A model generated the notes under the pieces. That model searched no databases. It saw only the letters and a program-made list of their open reading frames with translations, and was not told where the DNA came from. A stretch of 64,000 bases of DNA from the human T2T-CHM13v2.0 reference genome, Homo sapiens: assembly GCF_009914755.1 (NCBI RefSeq), contig NC_060928.1. One strand, written 5' to 3'. Below are positions 41,701 through 54,215 of this stretch, piece after piece. The position numbers and the translations under genes are program-made. Within the stretch, counting starts at the first letter, position 1, and each line of letters opens with the position of its first letter.

Positions 41701-42739
41701 TTATATTGAGCAATAAAGATACTTCAATCAACATTAAATGAAAGTAGGTATAGATTAAGAATGGCAGTTCTTCTGCATTTGCATATTGACTAAGCACATG
41801 AAAATGTATATATTGAATTCATGGACTATTTTAAAATTAAGGAAACACTTTGGAGCTTTATATAGTGATAATTTGGGCAATTTAGTGTAGTAGTAACTGA
41901 ATTCTAGAAGTACATGTGGCCAAGATTCAAGGGATACAAAATATAGCATGCAGTAAAAAAAGGAAAATCAACTGTAGGCAACCAGCTTGATGCCAGAATG
42001 TGGTGGTGGGATTCTAAATGATTCTGTGATAAATGAGTTGAGCTGCTTTCTAGGAAATTGGAGAGGAGAACAACAATAGCTTTCTGGACAGAACTTTAAG
42101 TGACTATGTGACACAATATCTGTATGGTCATTCAAAGTGTCATGGATGCATAAAACAGGTTGTATTAAGTACAATTTTAAGCAAATGTGAAAGAGAGAAG
42201 CTGTTTTTAGAAAAGAAATATATAATAACATTTTATTGGCATGAGCAAAATAATCAGAAGAAACATTGATGGCCAGTTGATTATATTGGGAAAAGTTTGT
42301 CATGACTATGAAGAGTACTGAATCTTGTTGAATGTCTGAGCACATGACAGCTTGAAAATTGTCTTTTTTTTTATTAGATTAAGAGAAAATGATTTTCTGG
42401 CATGTATTCTCACTGTATCCCTTACCTATATACGATAATACATTTCTATCCTTTTCTTCTTGCTTTGCTGAAGGCAGTTATTAGGAATTGGAGAATACAG
42501 AGCATTCAGGTATTCCCAAATAATATACATTCACCTCCTTTGAGACAATAGGTTGATGTGGTATGTGTCTTCCTATTTCTACTCAGGATATAACAGAAAC
42601 AAAAAGGTAGCAATTGGCGTCATCAGTTTCTGAAAAAAATCTTTCATTTTTTCTAATATGTCTTTTATTTATCTTCTTCATCTTGTTCTCTATTTCTCTG
42701 TCAGCCTCCTGTGCTTCTACTGCTAAATGGATTATTTCC

Positions 42740-43174
42740 TCTAATACTTTAGCATCCCTGCCTCCTGCTCAGGCTATGTCACTTTCCCTCCCTAATTTCA
42801 CTGCAAATCTCTTTGAAAAAAAGCAGTCTACTTTCACTATCTCTATTCTTCACTGTCAATTCATGTGTTAATTTATTACAATCTGGCTTCCTTCTATCCC
42901 CAGCATTTTGATGATTCTATTCTGTCAGAATATTGTGAGGTTAACGTTTTTGATAGCTTTACATGCAGTATTTCACTTCAGTCCCCTTTGAAGAGTGTCA
43001 TATATTTCCTGCAGGGATATTTCTCTGAAACTACAGAGCATATCACAGCTCCTTCTAAGATGATACACCACTTGGATGTCCTGAAAAAATCTCAAACTCA
43101 AGACATTGAAAATGAAAAATTATATTATTTCCCACTGCCTACTCCACTGCTACTAATGTGCTTTCTCGTGTATA

Positions 43175-43208
<34 letters not shown>

Positions 43209-43975
43209 TGTGTATGAAGGGCATCACTGTTTACTTGGTCCTCAATATAAAACCTTTGGAATCCTCTCCCTTTCACTATTCCTCATAACCCCTATGTAGT
43301 TAATTTCTGAGTCCAGTTTTTTTTAATTGAATAAAAATTTAAAAAATAAAAAATCAGTACAAGAGCTACTTCTGTAAAAACTCTCAATATTGTCCTTATT
43401 TTTATCTATCTTAGCAGTGAGTACTTAATATCTTTTTTTCAGTTTTTCCTTCTTCCTTTCCTCTTTTACCTGATGCAATAGCTTTATAACAGTGCTTCTT
43501 GCCTCAGTTGCTTCCTGGCAAACAACATATAACACTCTTGGAATGTGAGTCTCAGGTTTCCAACTTCATCTCAAGTCATTCTTCAAGGTATTCTAGTATG
43601 TGCTAAATTCACACAGCATTAGTGCCATGTTTGTAGCAAGCCCTTTCATATGGTCCATGCTTTGGGCTGTGTAGCCTCTATTATGTAGAATACCCTTCCC
43701 TGGCTTTACTGCATTGTAAATTCCTTCACAGCACAGTACAAAAAATCCACTTCTTTCATAAATTATTTCTGTCTTAGGCAGAAATATTCTATTTTATTTA
43801 TTTTAGTAGCACTTTTTGCAGCATCATATTTTACTGGAAGGTCCTTATGTTTCTGAAACTCAAAATAGACTGTTTTTCCTAGGAACAGTATTTATATCTT
43901 ATTCTTTTTGTAAACACAGTTTTTGAAAAAGTGTCTGGTACATAGTAGGAATTCAGCAACAGTTGTTGTATAAAG
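42740..43975 (+). mobile_element. L2 (fragmented, ORF2 to 3' end)
   Basis: ttcactgcaaatctctttgaaa, cacttggatgtcc...ctcaaactcaa, tagaatacccttccc, and the terminal gtgtctggtacatagtaggaattcagcaa. Confidence 0.7.
43177..43213. repeat. (TG)n microsatellite
   Basis: Direct reading of the sequence. Confidence 0.95.
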
Positions 43976-43997
43976 TGCTTTCATTATAGCACTTATT

Positions 43998-45000
43998 GCA
44001 TTCCATTTATTGATTCAATTAACACATATTCATTGCAAACCTTCTACATACCACTCATACTACAACTGTGAGTGGTATGTAGTTCTAGTTCTTAAGGTAT
44101 GGCAGTAAATACTTGATAGGACATATTCTATCGGTAAATACTGATAGGACATATTCTAGAAGGGGATAAGGGAAGAAATAAGTACTATGAAGAAATCAAC
44201 GAATGGTATATTTTGAACACTGACAGATCTAAGTGTTATTTTAGGAAGGGAGGTCATGGAGGCCCTTACTGAGGAAGTGGCATTCAGTTGAGACCTGTAC
44301 AATATAAAGGAGCAAAGATCTAGGAGAAGACACTGAGAAAGAGCAGGCACAAAAGCCGGAAGGGAGACATAAGTATACCATGTTGTAGGAATGGCAAGAA
44401 GACTTGGTGTTTGGAGAAGAGGAAAGAAAAGTTCTAGAAGATGGTGCGAGAGAGTTGGATCTTGTAAGTCTGAGTAAGGAGGTTGGATTTCATTCTAAGC
44501 AAGATGGGAGAACTTTGGGAGATCTTGAGCAGGGAATGGCAGACAATACTTTTTTTAAAGGATGCCTGAGAGAGGAAAGAGTTTAAGTGGAGAGAACAGT
44601 TAGGAGGCTAATAAAATCCCCAGTTGAAATAACTGTGGTTTGTACCAAGGTAGTTGCTGTAGAGGTGTTGAGCAGTAGTTAGATCCAGGATCCATTTTGA
44701 AGATGTATTACATAAAAATAACTCAGGAGGCTTAGACGGGAGGCACACTTGAGCCCAGGAGTTTGAGGTTATAGTGAGCTATGATTGCACCACTGCACTA
44801 TAGCCTGGGCGACAGAGTGAGACCCTGTCTGTTAAAAAACAAACAAACAAACAAACCAAAAAAGAAAGAAAGAACTGATAGATTGGATTTGGAGTTGAAC
44901 ATAAAAGAGGAGTCAAGAATAATTACTGTGTTTATAACATGAGCAATAATATAAATGACGATATTATTAAAAATGGACAAAACTTCAGAAAAAAACATAA
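43998..45000 (-). mobile_element. L2a-like element (interrupted by an Alu arm)
   Basis: cattccatttattgattca tail, then ggaggcccttactgaggaagtggcattcagttgagacctg, ggatttcattctaag and cagttaggaggcta. Confidence 0.75.
44720..44872 (+). mobile_element. AluJ right arm / FRAM-like monomer
   Basis: actcaggaggct...cttgagcccaggagtttgaggttatagtgagctatgattgcaccactgcac...gtgagaccctgtct followed by an (AAAC)n tail. Confidence 0.85.
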
Positions 45001-45002
45001 CC

Positions 45003-45125
45003 ATTAGTTTACTTGTTTGTATCTCCAATAGAATATGAACTCAGTGAAGGCAGGGCTCTTGGCTTATTCTTCTTTGTATCTTTAATACAGTGCTTAGCAG
45101 AAGTAGACACTTAATAAAAAGTGAT
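45003..45125 (+). mobile_element. L2 3' end
   Basis: tagaatatgaactcagtgaaggcagggctctt...acagtgcttagcagaagtagacacttaataaa. Confidence 0.7.
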
Positions 45126-45189
45126 CATCTCTGGATCTTAATCAGCAAACAACTATTGGCACTATTCTCACTTTTTAAAAAATTATCTT

Positions 45190-46329
45190 TCCTTCATTCA
45201 CTCAACTGATGTTATTGAGTACCTACTAAATGCACTGAGGCAAAAAGGATATATTAATGAATAAAACAGACATAAATGCTTGTTCTCATGGAACCTATGG
45301 GTTTATAATCCAGTGAGATGATTTCTATGATATAAAACTAAATAAAATATAGAGTGTATTAGATTGTGATAAGTGCTTCAGAAAAGTTAAGTAGAAAAAG
45401 GACATTGAGGTAGAGTGGTGGCATTGCAAATTAATAGAGTGGTTGAAAAGGGCATTTCTTTGGTTAATACCTTTATGAAATGAGACTTTGAGATAATTAA
45501 GTATTTGAGTAAAGAGCATTGTGGCTCAAGGAAACAGCATGCACAGAAGCTCTGAGAGAGCAGCATGCTCGGTATATTGTAGGAACACCAAAAGCCCAGT
45601 GTTGCCAGATCATACTTTAAAAAATAGAGCAGAAAAATGTGCATTCCAAGGGATAAGGGAAGGCCAAATTATGAAAAGCCATGTTGGCTACTGTGAGGAT
45701 TTTGACTTTTACTCTGAGAAAAATGGGAAGACAACTAGAGTTTTTCAGCAGGCTAATGTCATATTCTGACATATACTTTCACAGAATTCCTCTGGATACT
45801 GCGTTAATAAGAGACTGTATTGGGTTGGAAGGGTTGAGGGGACAGAAATAAGCAAAACAACAGCTACAATAATCTGAGAGGGTGGATGCCCAGTCCAAGG
45901 TGGTAATAGTGAATGATAGTAACTATGGTTTAACTGTGGATATATCTTGAAGTCAGAATCTATAGAACTTTCTGATAGGTTGATTTGGGGCAAGAGAGAA
46001 AAAAAGCATATAAGGTTTTGGATCTGAACCAGTACAATGGATTTGTCATTTACTGAGATGGAGAAATCAATGAGGAAGATGAGGAGCTCGTATTTGAATT
46101 TGAACCTATTGAATTTGAGATATCCATTAGACATCTGATTATAGACAGCACAGAGGAGTTTTCCACATAACCCTGAAATACACATTGCAGGCTAAGAAGT
46201 GTCCAGGCTAGAGGTATGAATTTAGGAGTAATCAAATTTTAGCTATTTTTCAAGTCGAAAGACTGGGTATAGTCATCAAGGGTTTGATAGAAGCAAACTC
46301 TAGGGAAGTTCAAAGTTAAGAAATAGTGG
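45190..46329 (-). mobile_element. L2a-like element
   Basis: cattcactcaactgatgttattgagtacctacta tail, then gactttttactctgag-like, tgtcatttactgagatgg and tttgagatatccattagacatc motifs. It continues in pieces to about 47560. Confidence 0.8.
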
Positions 46330-46637
46330 GTTGTGAGGAAAGGAGAGGGGAAGATGGAGAGAGGGTGAGTACAAAGTTACAATTAGATACGAAGAATACA
46401 CTCTAGTGTTCTATTGCACAGTAGGGTGACTATGGTTAACAATAAGTCATAGTATGTTACGAAATACGTAGGAAAGAGTTTGGATATCCAAACTACAAAT
46501 AAATGATAAATTCATGAGGTAATGGATACCCGGATTACCCTGAATTGATCATTAGAAAGCATATATACGTATTAAAACATCAAGCCATATCCCATAAATA
46601 TGTACAATTACAATGTGTCAATTAAAAAAAAAAAAAA
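46330..46637 (+). mobile_element. L1MA4/5-like 3' end
   Basis: tctagtgttctattgcacagtagggtgactatggttaac...ttaccctgaattgatcatt...cccataaatatgtacaatta with poly-A. TSD-like aaatagtgg / aaacagtgg. Confidence 0.85.
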
Positions 46638-46774
46638 ACAGTGGCAATAAGAAGGAATCCAGTAAAGAGTGTGCTTTCTAAAACAAAAACCAGGAGCGTG
46701 ATGTCTTAGAAGTCAAGTAAATAACATACTTAAATATGGATAAAGTGAGTAAATATGTAGAATACTGAGAGTTT

Positions 46775-47330
46775 GGCTTACCATAAGATTTATTGTCTGT
46801 TTTAGTCCTTCCTGTATTGCTATAAACACATACCTGAGGCTGGGTTATTTACAAAGAAAAATGGTTTAATTTGGCTCATTGTTCTGTAGGCTGTACAGGA
46901 AGCATAATGCTGACATATCCTTAGCTTCTAGGCAGGCCTTAGGGAGCTTACAATCATGGCAGAAGGTGAAGAGGGAGCCAACACATCACATGGCAAGAGT
47001 GGGAGCAAGAGAGAAGTGGAGGAGGTTCTAAGCCCACTTTAACAACTAGATCACACATAAACTACCAGAGTGAGAACACACTTATCACCAAGGGGATGGC
47101 ACTAATCCGTTCATGAAGAATCTGCCCCCATGATCCAAATACCTCCCACCAGGTCCACCGCCAACACTGGGAATCACATTTTAACATGAGATTTAGAGGA
47201 GACAAACATCCAAATCATATTATCATCCAATCTGGTACACTTCTGAAAATGAAAGGGGTCACTATTAGTTACATCTAAACTATAAATACAAACTGGTACT
47301 CTTTCAGGAAACCTGGAATATATAGTCACC
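46775..47330 (-). mobile_element. MER96-like hAT MITE split by an MST LTR (pieces 46775-46797 and 47223-47330)
   Basis: ggcttaccataagatttattgtc | caatctggtacacttctgaaaatgaaaggggtcactatta...cctggaatatatagtcacc matches the recalled MER96 consensus, with ggtgaccata-type TIRs. Confidence 0.6.
46798..47222 (-). mobile_element. MST (MSTA/MSTB-like) MaLR solo LTR
   Basis: tgttttagtcc...attgctataaa...cttacaatcatggcagaaggtgaag...acctcccaccagg...catgagattt...caaacatccaaatcatatta. Confidence 0.9.
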
Positions 47331-47562
47331 AAGTGACATTTCAAGTATGATGAAGACTGATAAATAATCGTTGCATTCAGCACTGTAGAGATCTTGATTA
47401 CCTTAAGAATTAAAATATTGTTAAAATATTAGGATTAAAAGTCTAGTTGAATCAGTTCAAGAGAGGAAGGAAATTGGAGATAGTAGGAACAAGCAAATCA
47501 ATGAAAGTTTTGCTATAAAAATTAAGTGGAGCTGAAGGAGGTTGTGGGGAAAAGATGTTTGG

Positions 47563-48165
47563 TTTTAATTGAAATAAAATACACATAATGTAAAATTTTC
47601 TAGTTTAATGATTTTAACTATGTGTGGTAGAGTGACATTAATTGTATTTTTGTGCAGCAATCACTACCATCCCTCTCTAGAGACTTTTTATTTTAATGAA
47701 CTGAAGCTCTGTACCCATTATATATAATACCTCAGTCTCCCATCCCCTCAACTCCTGACATTCACCATTCTACATCCCATGTCCATGAATTTATCCAAGA
47801 CAATGACCATTCTATTTTTTTTTTCTTATGTAAGGTACTGTAGGTACTTTACTCACTGTGGATACCTCATACAAGTGGAATCATGTAGTATTTGTCCTTT
47901 GCAATTGGCTTATTTCACTTAGCATAGTATCTTCAAGGTTCATTTATGCTGTAGCATGTTTCAGAATACTCTTGCTTCTAAGGCTGAATAATATTTCATT
48001 GTATGTGTTATAACATATTTTACTTACCATTTATCTGTCTATAGACATCTGTGTGGCTTTCACCTTTTGGCCGTTATGAATAATGCTGCTCTAAGCATGG
48101 TTGTATAAATATTCATTCATGTGAGTTCATTCAAGTCTCTCCTTTTAATTCTTTTGGATATATAC
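47563..48165 (-). mobile_element. L1MB-like 3' end
   Basis: gaactgaagctctgtacccatta, gatacctcatacaagtggaatcatgtagtatttgtcc and ggcttatttcacttagcatag. Confidence 0.85.
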
Positions 48166-49299
48166 GATTATTTTAAGACAAAATAAATTCTAAAACATAG
48201 TAAGCTTTCTCTATGTCTGTCAGCCAGTAAAGAATCTGGAAAAGAGATGAATTATTTGTCACTATGTCCAGCAAATAGCTCCAGATATCATTTAGGAAGG
48301 AAAATTACAAACTTAAATGACAATGAGCCTTTATAAATGCTTTAACTAAATTAATATTTTGGGGTCCTAGGTAGGTAGAGGTATACACTATGATTAATAA
48401 TAAAGCATATTTATTGTCTATTCAAAGTTCTGTTTCATTGCTTGGTGCCTACACCTTAGTTCTGTGTGTTTTCAGAATCTACCTTAATAGATATTTTAGC
48501 TTATATCTCAACTGGCAAATCATATCCTGTTAGAAGTAAGAATGGGATAGTTTTATTTGTATAACCACTAAAGATTGACCCTGAGAACGTAATTATATAG
48601 TTATTCTTTTTACTCTGCCTCTTTTTTAGTTGGCTGTAATATTTTTGAAAAAGTATCATTTTAATAGATGTGTATTGTGGTTGAGTCTTAAAGTTTTAAC
48701 TTACTTTGAATTGAGTGAGACATTGAGTGAACACACATTTGTGAATATATTATAAAACATAAGTACAAGATTAACATATAGAATGGCTCCTAGAGAATAC
48801 TTTAGCAAATAGTGTAAACAGCACATTTGCAAGATTTTTATAGCAATGACAACCTTCCTAAACTGGTGTGTACTGTATTCGTGTATATGGATTTGTATCA
48901 TTGTTAATTGCTGTGATCTTTGTCAATAAAAGCTGACTCTTTCTTAATTAACCTATTGCCCCTATCTTACCAATAGCATCAGTTAGACATTACAACATTA
49001 TTATTCAATACAGTGGAACACATTTTGTCACAGGATTCTGGCACCTTGAAATTGATCAGTACAAGCAGGTTTACTAGAGAATGAAAAATTTTGGCCAAGC
49101 TTCTGTTTCTATCACACACCATGTTCTGCTTAATTCTGGGAACTCTATGCACATTGACAGGAGAAAGTTTGAGTTCCTGGAGTATTGCACGTTCTTGTTT
49201 CAAAGGTTTCAAAGTCTTTGCACACAGGGCCACCTTTACTCAAAAATAATTCCTCCTCTTTGCCTCTATTTCAATGGTGAATTTCACAAAGAAGTATTT

Positions 49300-49582
49300 T
49301 TTTGACTGTATCCTAAGTTAGCTCCCTCTTATACAATATCATAGCACAATGTAGCACTCTTTCCTAGTACTTATTATCATTGTAACTTTACATTTTTTGT
49401 ATGGTGATTTCACTAACCTCTGCTTCACCTACAAAACTGTCAGCACCATATGGGTAGAGATCCTGCCTGCTTTCACTCAATGCTGCATCCCTCTTCCTTG
49501 CATAGTGCTGGATACTGTAGTCTGTACTCAGAAATATTTATTGAATGAGTTGAAGGGTAAATAAATGAATGAATGATTGATA
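49300..49582 (+). mobile_element. L2 3' end
   Basis: catagtgctggatactgtag...ctcagaaatatttattgaatga followed by a (TGAA)n tail. Confidence 0.7.
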
Positions 49583-50727
49583 AAGATCTATAAAGGAAAA
49601 CTATTTTGAAATATATTTTATGTGAGTTTAATGTACTGTGTAGACCTCTAATTAGAAAGCATAGCATAGAACTTGGTTACCAGTTTCTTCAGGATTTTGA
49701 AGACGAATTGAACAATAAAAAGTTAAGAGCTGATATCAAGGACCTAAGCTGTATTTTCATTTCATCACCTTGAATTGAAACTTTGGAACTGTGGGACATG
49801 GAAGGACCAACAATGGGCAGGCATTTCTCAGGGGAAGACTATAAATAAAAAACATGAAAAGGGTTTGTTGTTTCTTTACTAAACTGCTTATATGAGCCAA
49901 CTGATGAGTTCTGTTTTACCCATAACAGCCTTAATTTCACATAGACAGCATTATATTATTGATCCACATATTTTATTGTATTCTGAATCTGTCATGTTCA
50001 ACCCTTATGTATAACTGTAATTTGATAGTACAGCTTATTTTATAAATCACTTTATAATCACTTTGACAGCACAAGTTACTTTATAATCCCAATAAACTTG
50101 AGATATATGAAAGTTTATTGAATTTATTATTGATAGTGTGAATAAGAAATCATTTAGCACTTCTATGACTCAGGTACTGATTTAGGTAATTTACATACAT
50201 TTTTAGTTTTTAAGATATTTTACATTTCATTTTCAACTAAATGAAAAGAAAGTCTGCTATTTCCATAGGCTGTGAAAATCTAATGTTACTATACTCAGTC
50301 AAGTTTAAATAGATATACTGTTACTACCACTGCTAGCTGATGTGTCCTCACTGACTTCACAAGTTTTCACAATGAAGAATGATCATATAAAATCTTAGAT
50401 CTTTCTATGAAGAATTACACTTCTATAGCAATTGGTATCCATATAGACTATGTGACAAAAAGGACAGAAGTGGCCACTGGTCATTTCCACATAATACACA
50501 TGTTAAAACTGTACTTTGCTCTATGGCTGCTGCTGCTGCTATTTGTAAAACTCAGCTCTGCTTGAATCCCTGCCTCATAGTCACAAAGCCTGCCAGACTC
50601 CTTTGATCACAAAGTTACCCCATGCCTGCAGCCATGCTCTAAGTTGGTCTGTCTGTTTCTCTTCTTTCTAAGCAGTGATATTAGAGGTTGTGGCTCAGTA
50701 TGTGTATAAAGTATTTCTTCTTCTTAC

Positions 50728-50820
50728 CTTTTTGCAATTGCCCTATATCAGGTCTCCATCCAGCAGCGGATTGGATTAGTGATTCTCCACAATTGCCCTC
50801 AACTATGCAGAAATACCAAG
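50728..50820 (-). other. Candidate internal exon (unconfirmed)
   Basis: Acceptor ctgcacttccctcAG and donor AAG|GTAAGA bound 93 nt (75 nt with the inner AG). One frame is open. No protein is recognised. Confidence 0.2.
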
Positions 50821-52299
50821 CTGAGGGAAGTGCAGTTTCTTCTTGACATAGTCGATACATATAATGTTGTTATATTTTTATATTGATGTGATGACTTAGT
50901 ATAAATTATACTTCATTTGTAGTTTTTAATTTCATTTCTGATTCCACTATGAGAATGAGGAAAAATTGCTAAGCTATATTAAAATTCTGTTGTTCACCAT
51001 TTTTTATTTCTGTTCCTACATAGAATTCACCATTGAAATCCAATTAACACAAGTCTTTAATAAACTGTGATCACTGTAGTGCCCGTCACCTTGTTTCTTA
51101 AAACTAATCTTCTAATTAAACTATCAACTAAAATAGACAACATAAAAGACAATAAATTATTTCCATTGAATTATAAAAGATTATATTGAATAACTATATG
51201 TTTTTCCTCTGGGATCTATTTTTTCACTTGTTAATTTATTACAAAGAGGTTGGATTTCAGCTCAGAAGAATCTCATTTCCTGGCAATTATAATAAGAGAG
51301 TATTCCAACCAATCAATAAGTCCAGTGATTTTATTAATAATGGGTTTATCCTATGTGACTAGTTCAGAGGCCATCAGATAACTTTCGAAAGTTTTATATT
51401 TGTTCTGGATAAAATCTACCTTGGGTATTGTAGAAGTATATTCACACAAATGGTACAGCTGCTACAATCTTGTTATTTATGTGATATTTATTGAGTACCT
51501 ACTAACGGTTGAGCTTTGTTTTAAATAATTGGATACATTCTGTGATTAACAGAGAAAAAAAGAATATTGTTCTTTTGTTTGTCGATGTTACCTACATTTT
51601 GTGACTTTCTACGAAGGCAAATTATTCTGACACTAGTTTCTCACTTCATTTGTCAGAATGATTAACATTTTTACATAGAAAGTAGATTTTTTTAAAAAAT
51701 TGATAGTCAGGCTCATATGGAGAGTCCTGCAGACCCCAAACCACTCAATGTTGCCTTCCTTAAACCATGTTACTTTATGTTTTTGCTAGAAAATTATCGT
51801 TCTGTCAGATACATGTAAAAGAAAAGTCACACAAGGCTTGTAGTTGGGATCTTTCTGTTCTTTATAACTCAAATATTTTGTTTGAAAATTATGTGGAGGA
51901 ATGCTTAACGTATGCTGCAGAGAATCAACTCAACTAGCCCTAAAGGGAAAGACTGGCTAGTACATTTTGCTTTGTTAAACTTTATTTGATGGTAAGATGC
52001 AGTTTTGCTATAACTTTTGACCTTTTGGTTTATAATGTCATTCATGTTGTATATATCCTTTATTCTATAACAATTCTTTGAATTCTAGGAGTAACTTTGT
52101 AGGCAATCAAATACTTAAAATAACCAACAACTTCTTTACTATAACATCATTAAAATAAACCACATTTAATAGTAGGCAATCAATGATGTTCAGCTTTGAC
52201 CCAGAGTTGACCCATCTTCTCTAGTAATAGCAACCCTATCGTTTCAAATTACAATCAGTTCACAAAATCATTTTAATGATATCAGATTGGAAGAAAGCC

Positions 52300-52345
52300 C
52301 TGTGTGGTTTGACAGCTGTGCTCTATATTTAAGCTCAGATAAGGC
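52300..52345. promoter_or_regulatory. Candidate muscle/cardiac-type enhancer motif cluster
   Basis: TGACAG (Meis) overlaps CAGCTG (E-box) at 52310-52318. CTATATTTAA (MEF2, YTAWWWWTAR) is at 52323-52332 and AGATAA (GATA) at 52337-52342, all in non-repetitive sequence. Confidence 0.35.
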
Positions 52346-54215
52346 TCACTTTAAAGCAGCATGTCTTTGTAGTCATGTAGCTCCTTAATGCTGTGACACG
52401 TCTGTGATTCTGTGCATCAATCATGGCGGCAGAAAACCATAACCTTCCCTAAGAGGAGGTGCCAGGCAAACAGGCAACGAGATGAGTGTTGCCATGTTTC
52501 GGTTACTGTGCAGGCTTCCTGCAGTGTAAATTCCCAATGTCCCTTCTTAGCTCCCACTGGCTCTCGACACTCTCATCTTCTTTATACCCTTTCCAGGAAT
52601 ACAGTCTGCTCTTCTTCGTTAGGTTGTGATGGTAGGTAGTAGATTCTTTGCCTAATTACTTTCTTTCTATGGATTTTATTATTTATAAAAATATAATCAT
52701 AGCTCTGTTTTCATTTTAAGGATGTGACTAATAAGCACCATTAACAAGGTGGTAAGAAATCATACAGAGAGATAAAAAGAGAAACTTATAAACATATCTG
52801 GGATAGTTACATATTTTGAAGACTTTTTTCACTTCTTATAGTATTGCTCTTTGCTTGTATAATAATGACCAATTTGCCACGTACTGGATGCCCTCGTAGG
52901 CTTACCCAGCTTTTCAATCATAAAGTCAGAATTCAAACCCTACTCATAATAAGATCGTTCAGCAAGACGGCTCCTACTCTTTGTAGCAAATAGTCCCAAA
53001 GGTAAATTTAAAGTGAAACAACAGGAAAGAAATTAGTTCCTCCCATTTTTTTAGTCATTTGTTCATTTGCTTTATTTATTCAAACACTCCTTCATTTTTC
53101 ACTCATGATAGAATATTTCATAATGTTATCTTTCATCATATTTATTGAGAGCTGGTAAACAAAAATGAAAGTGTTCATACCTTTGAGGATATAATGATAC
53201 TTTGTAAGCAAAAGTCTTGGAAAGCTTTTCATATTTTAGATATTATTCTGTTAATTTGTGTGTGTGAATGTGTATGTTGTTAAAAAATATTAAATATCTT
53301 TCAACTATATTGGCCTCATATCTTCTGTTTCCTTTTAACGTATATGAACAAGGTCAGTCATAAATAGTTGAACCAAAAAATGAGTAGTACTTGGGTTTAA
53401 TTCAGAAGACTGTGCCTTCAGTCAGCTACATGAGGTAGTAGTTTTTACCATAACATTTTCCAGAGTTAAAATAGTCAATTTTTAAAAATTTCTGGAAGTA
53501 TATGAAAAGTACTTTTAAGGAAATGTTCCAAATATTAATACATCTCACTTGGTTTTCCAGTATTGAGTGCCACTATGTGGAGACCCACATTTTGTGTCCA
53601 TATCTATAAATCACTTTATCAGCTTTTGAGGTCTATCAAAGATGAACAATATTTTCAGATAGGCAAAAACAAACAAACAAACAAAAAACCAAAAAAACCC
53701 ACTGTATTGTAATGCAATAACAAGATTTTATAAGTAACTTCTAGAGGTAAAGTGTTTTCTCATCAAATGAAGAAATGAACTTCTAAACTTATATCAAGTA
53801 GCTGAACAATAACTACTTTTCCCCACCCATACCCCATTTCTACAATCTTATAATGAGTGTGTCTGTGCCTCCCATCTTCTCTCTCTTTCTCTCTCCCTTT
53901 TCTTCTCCTACTCTTCATCCCCCTTTTTTTTTCTTTCTCTGTTATTTTTTTCAGAGCAGATTTAGGCTCTTCAGTGGATTCTTTGCCTGATAATTCTCCA
54001 AATTAGGAGTTAAGGTAAAGGTTAGCTCAACAGGCTTATTGCTACTATAAATTAAATCCTGGCCCTGCCAAGATACAAAAGCTCAGAATATACCTGCACC
54101 AAGATCCAATTTGCTTTTCACAGATTTAAACCTTACAAGGAAAAGCCTTAAGTTAGTGCATTTGGTTGAGCACTGAAGCTGGTTACTGGTGAAAGTTAAA
54201 AGAAGTTTAAAAATG

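Noticed and set aside
42865-46235. ORFs of 144 aa (42865) and 146 aa (45745)
   Set aside because: They lie in decayed L2 sequence and a (TG)n tract, with no domain motifs and no splice context.
48979-49305. Overlapping 84-aa and 74-aa ORFs in unique sequence
   Set aside because: No recognisable protein, only weak splice signals, and lengths expected by chance.
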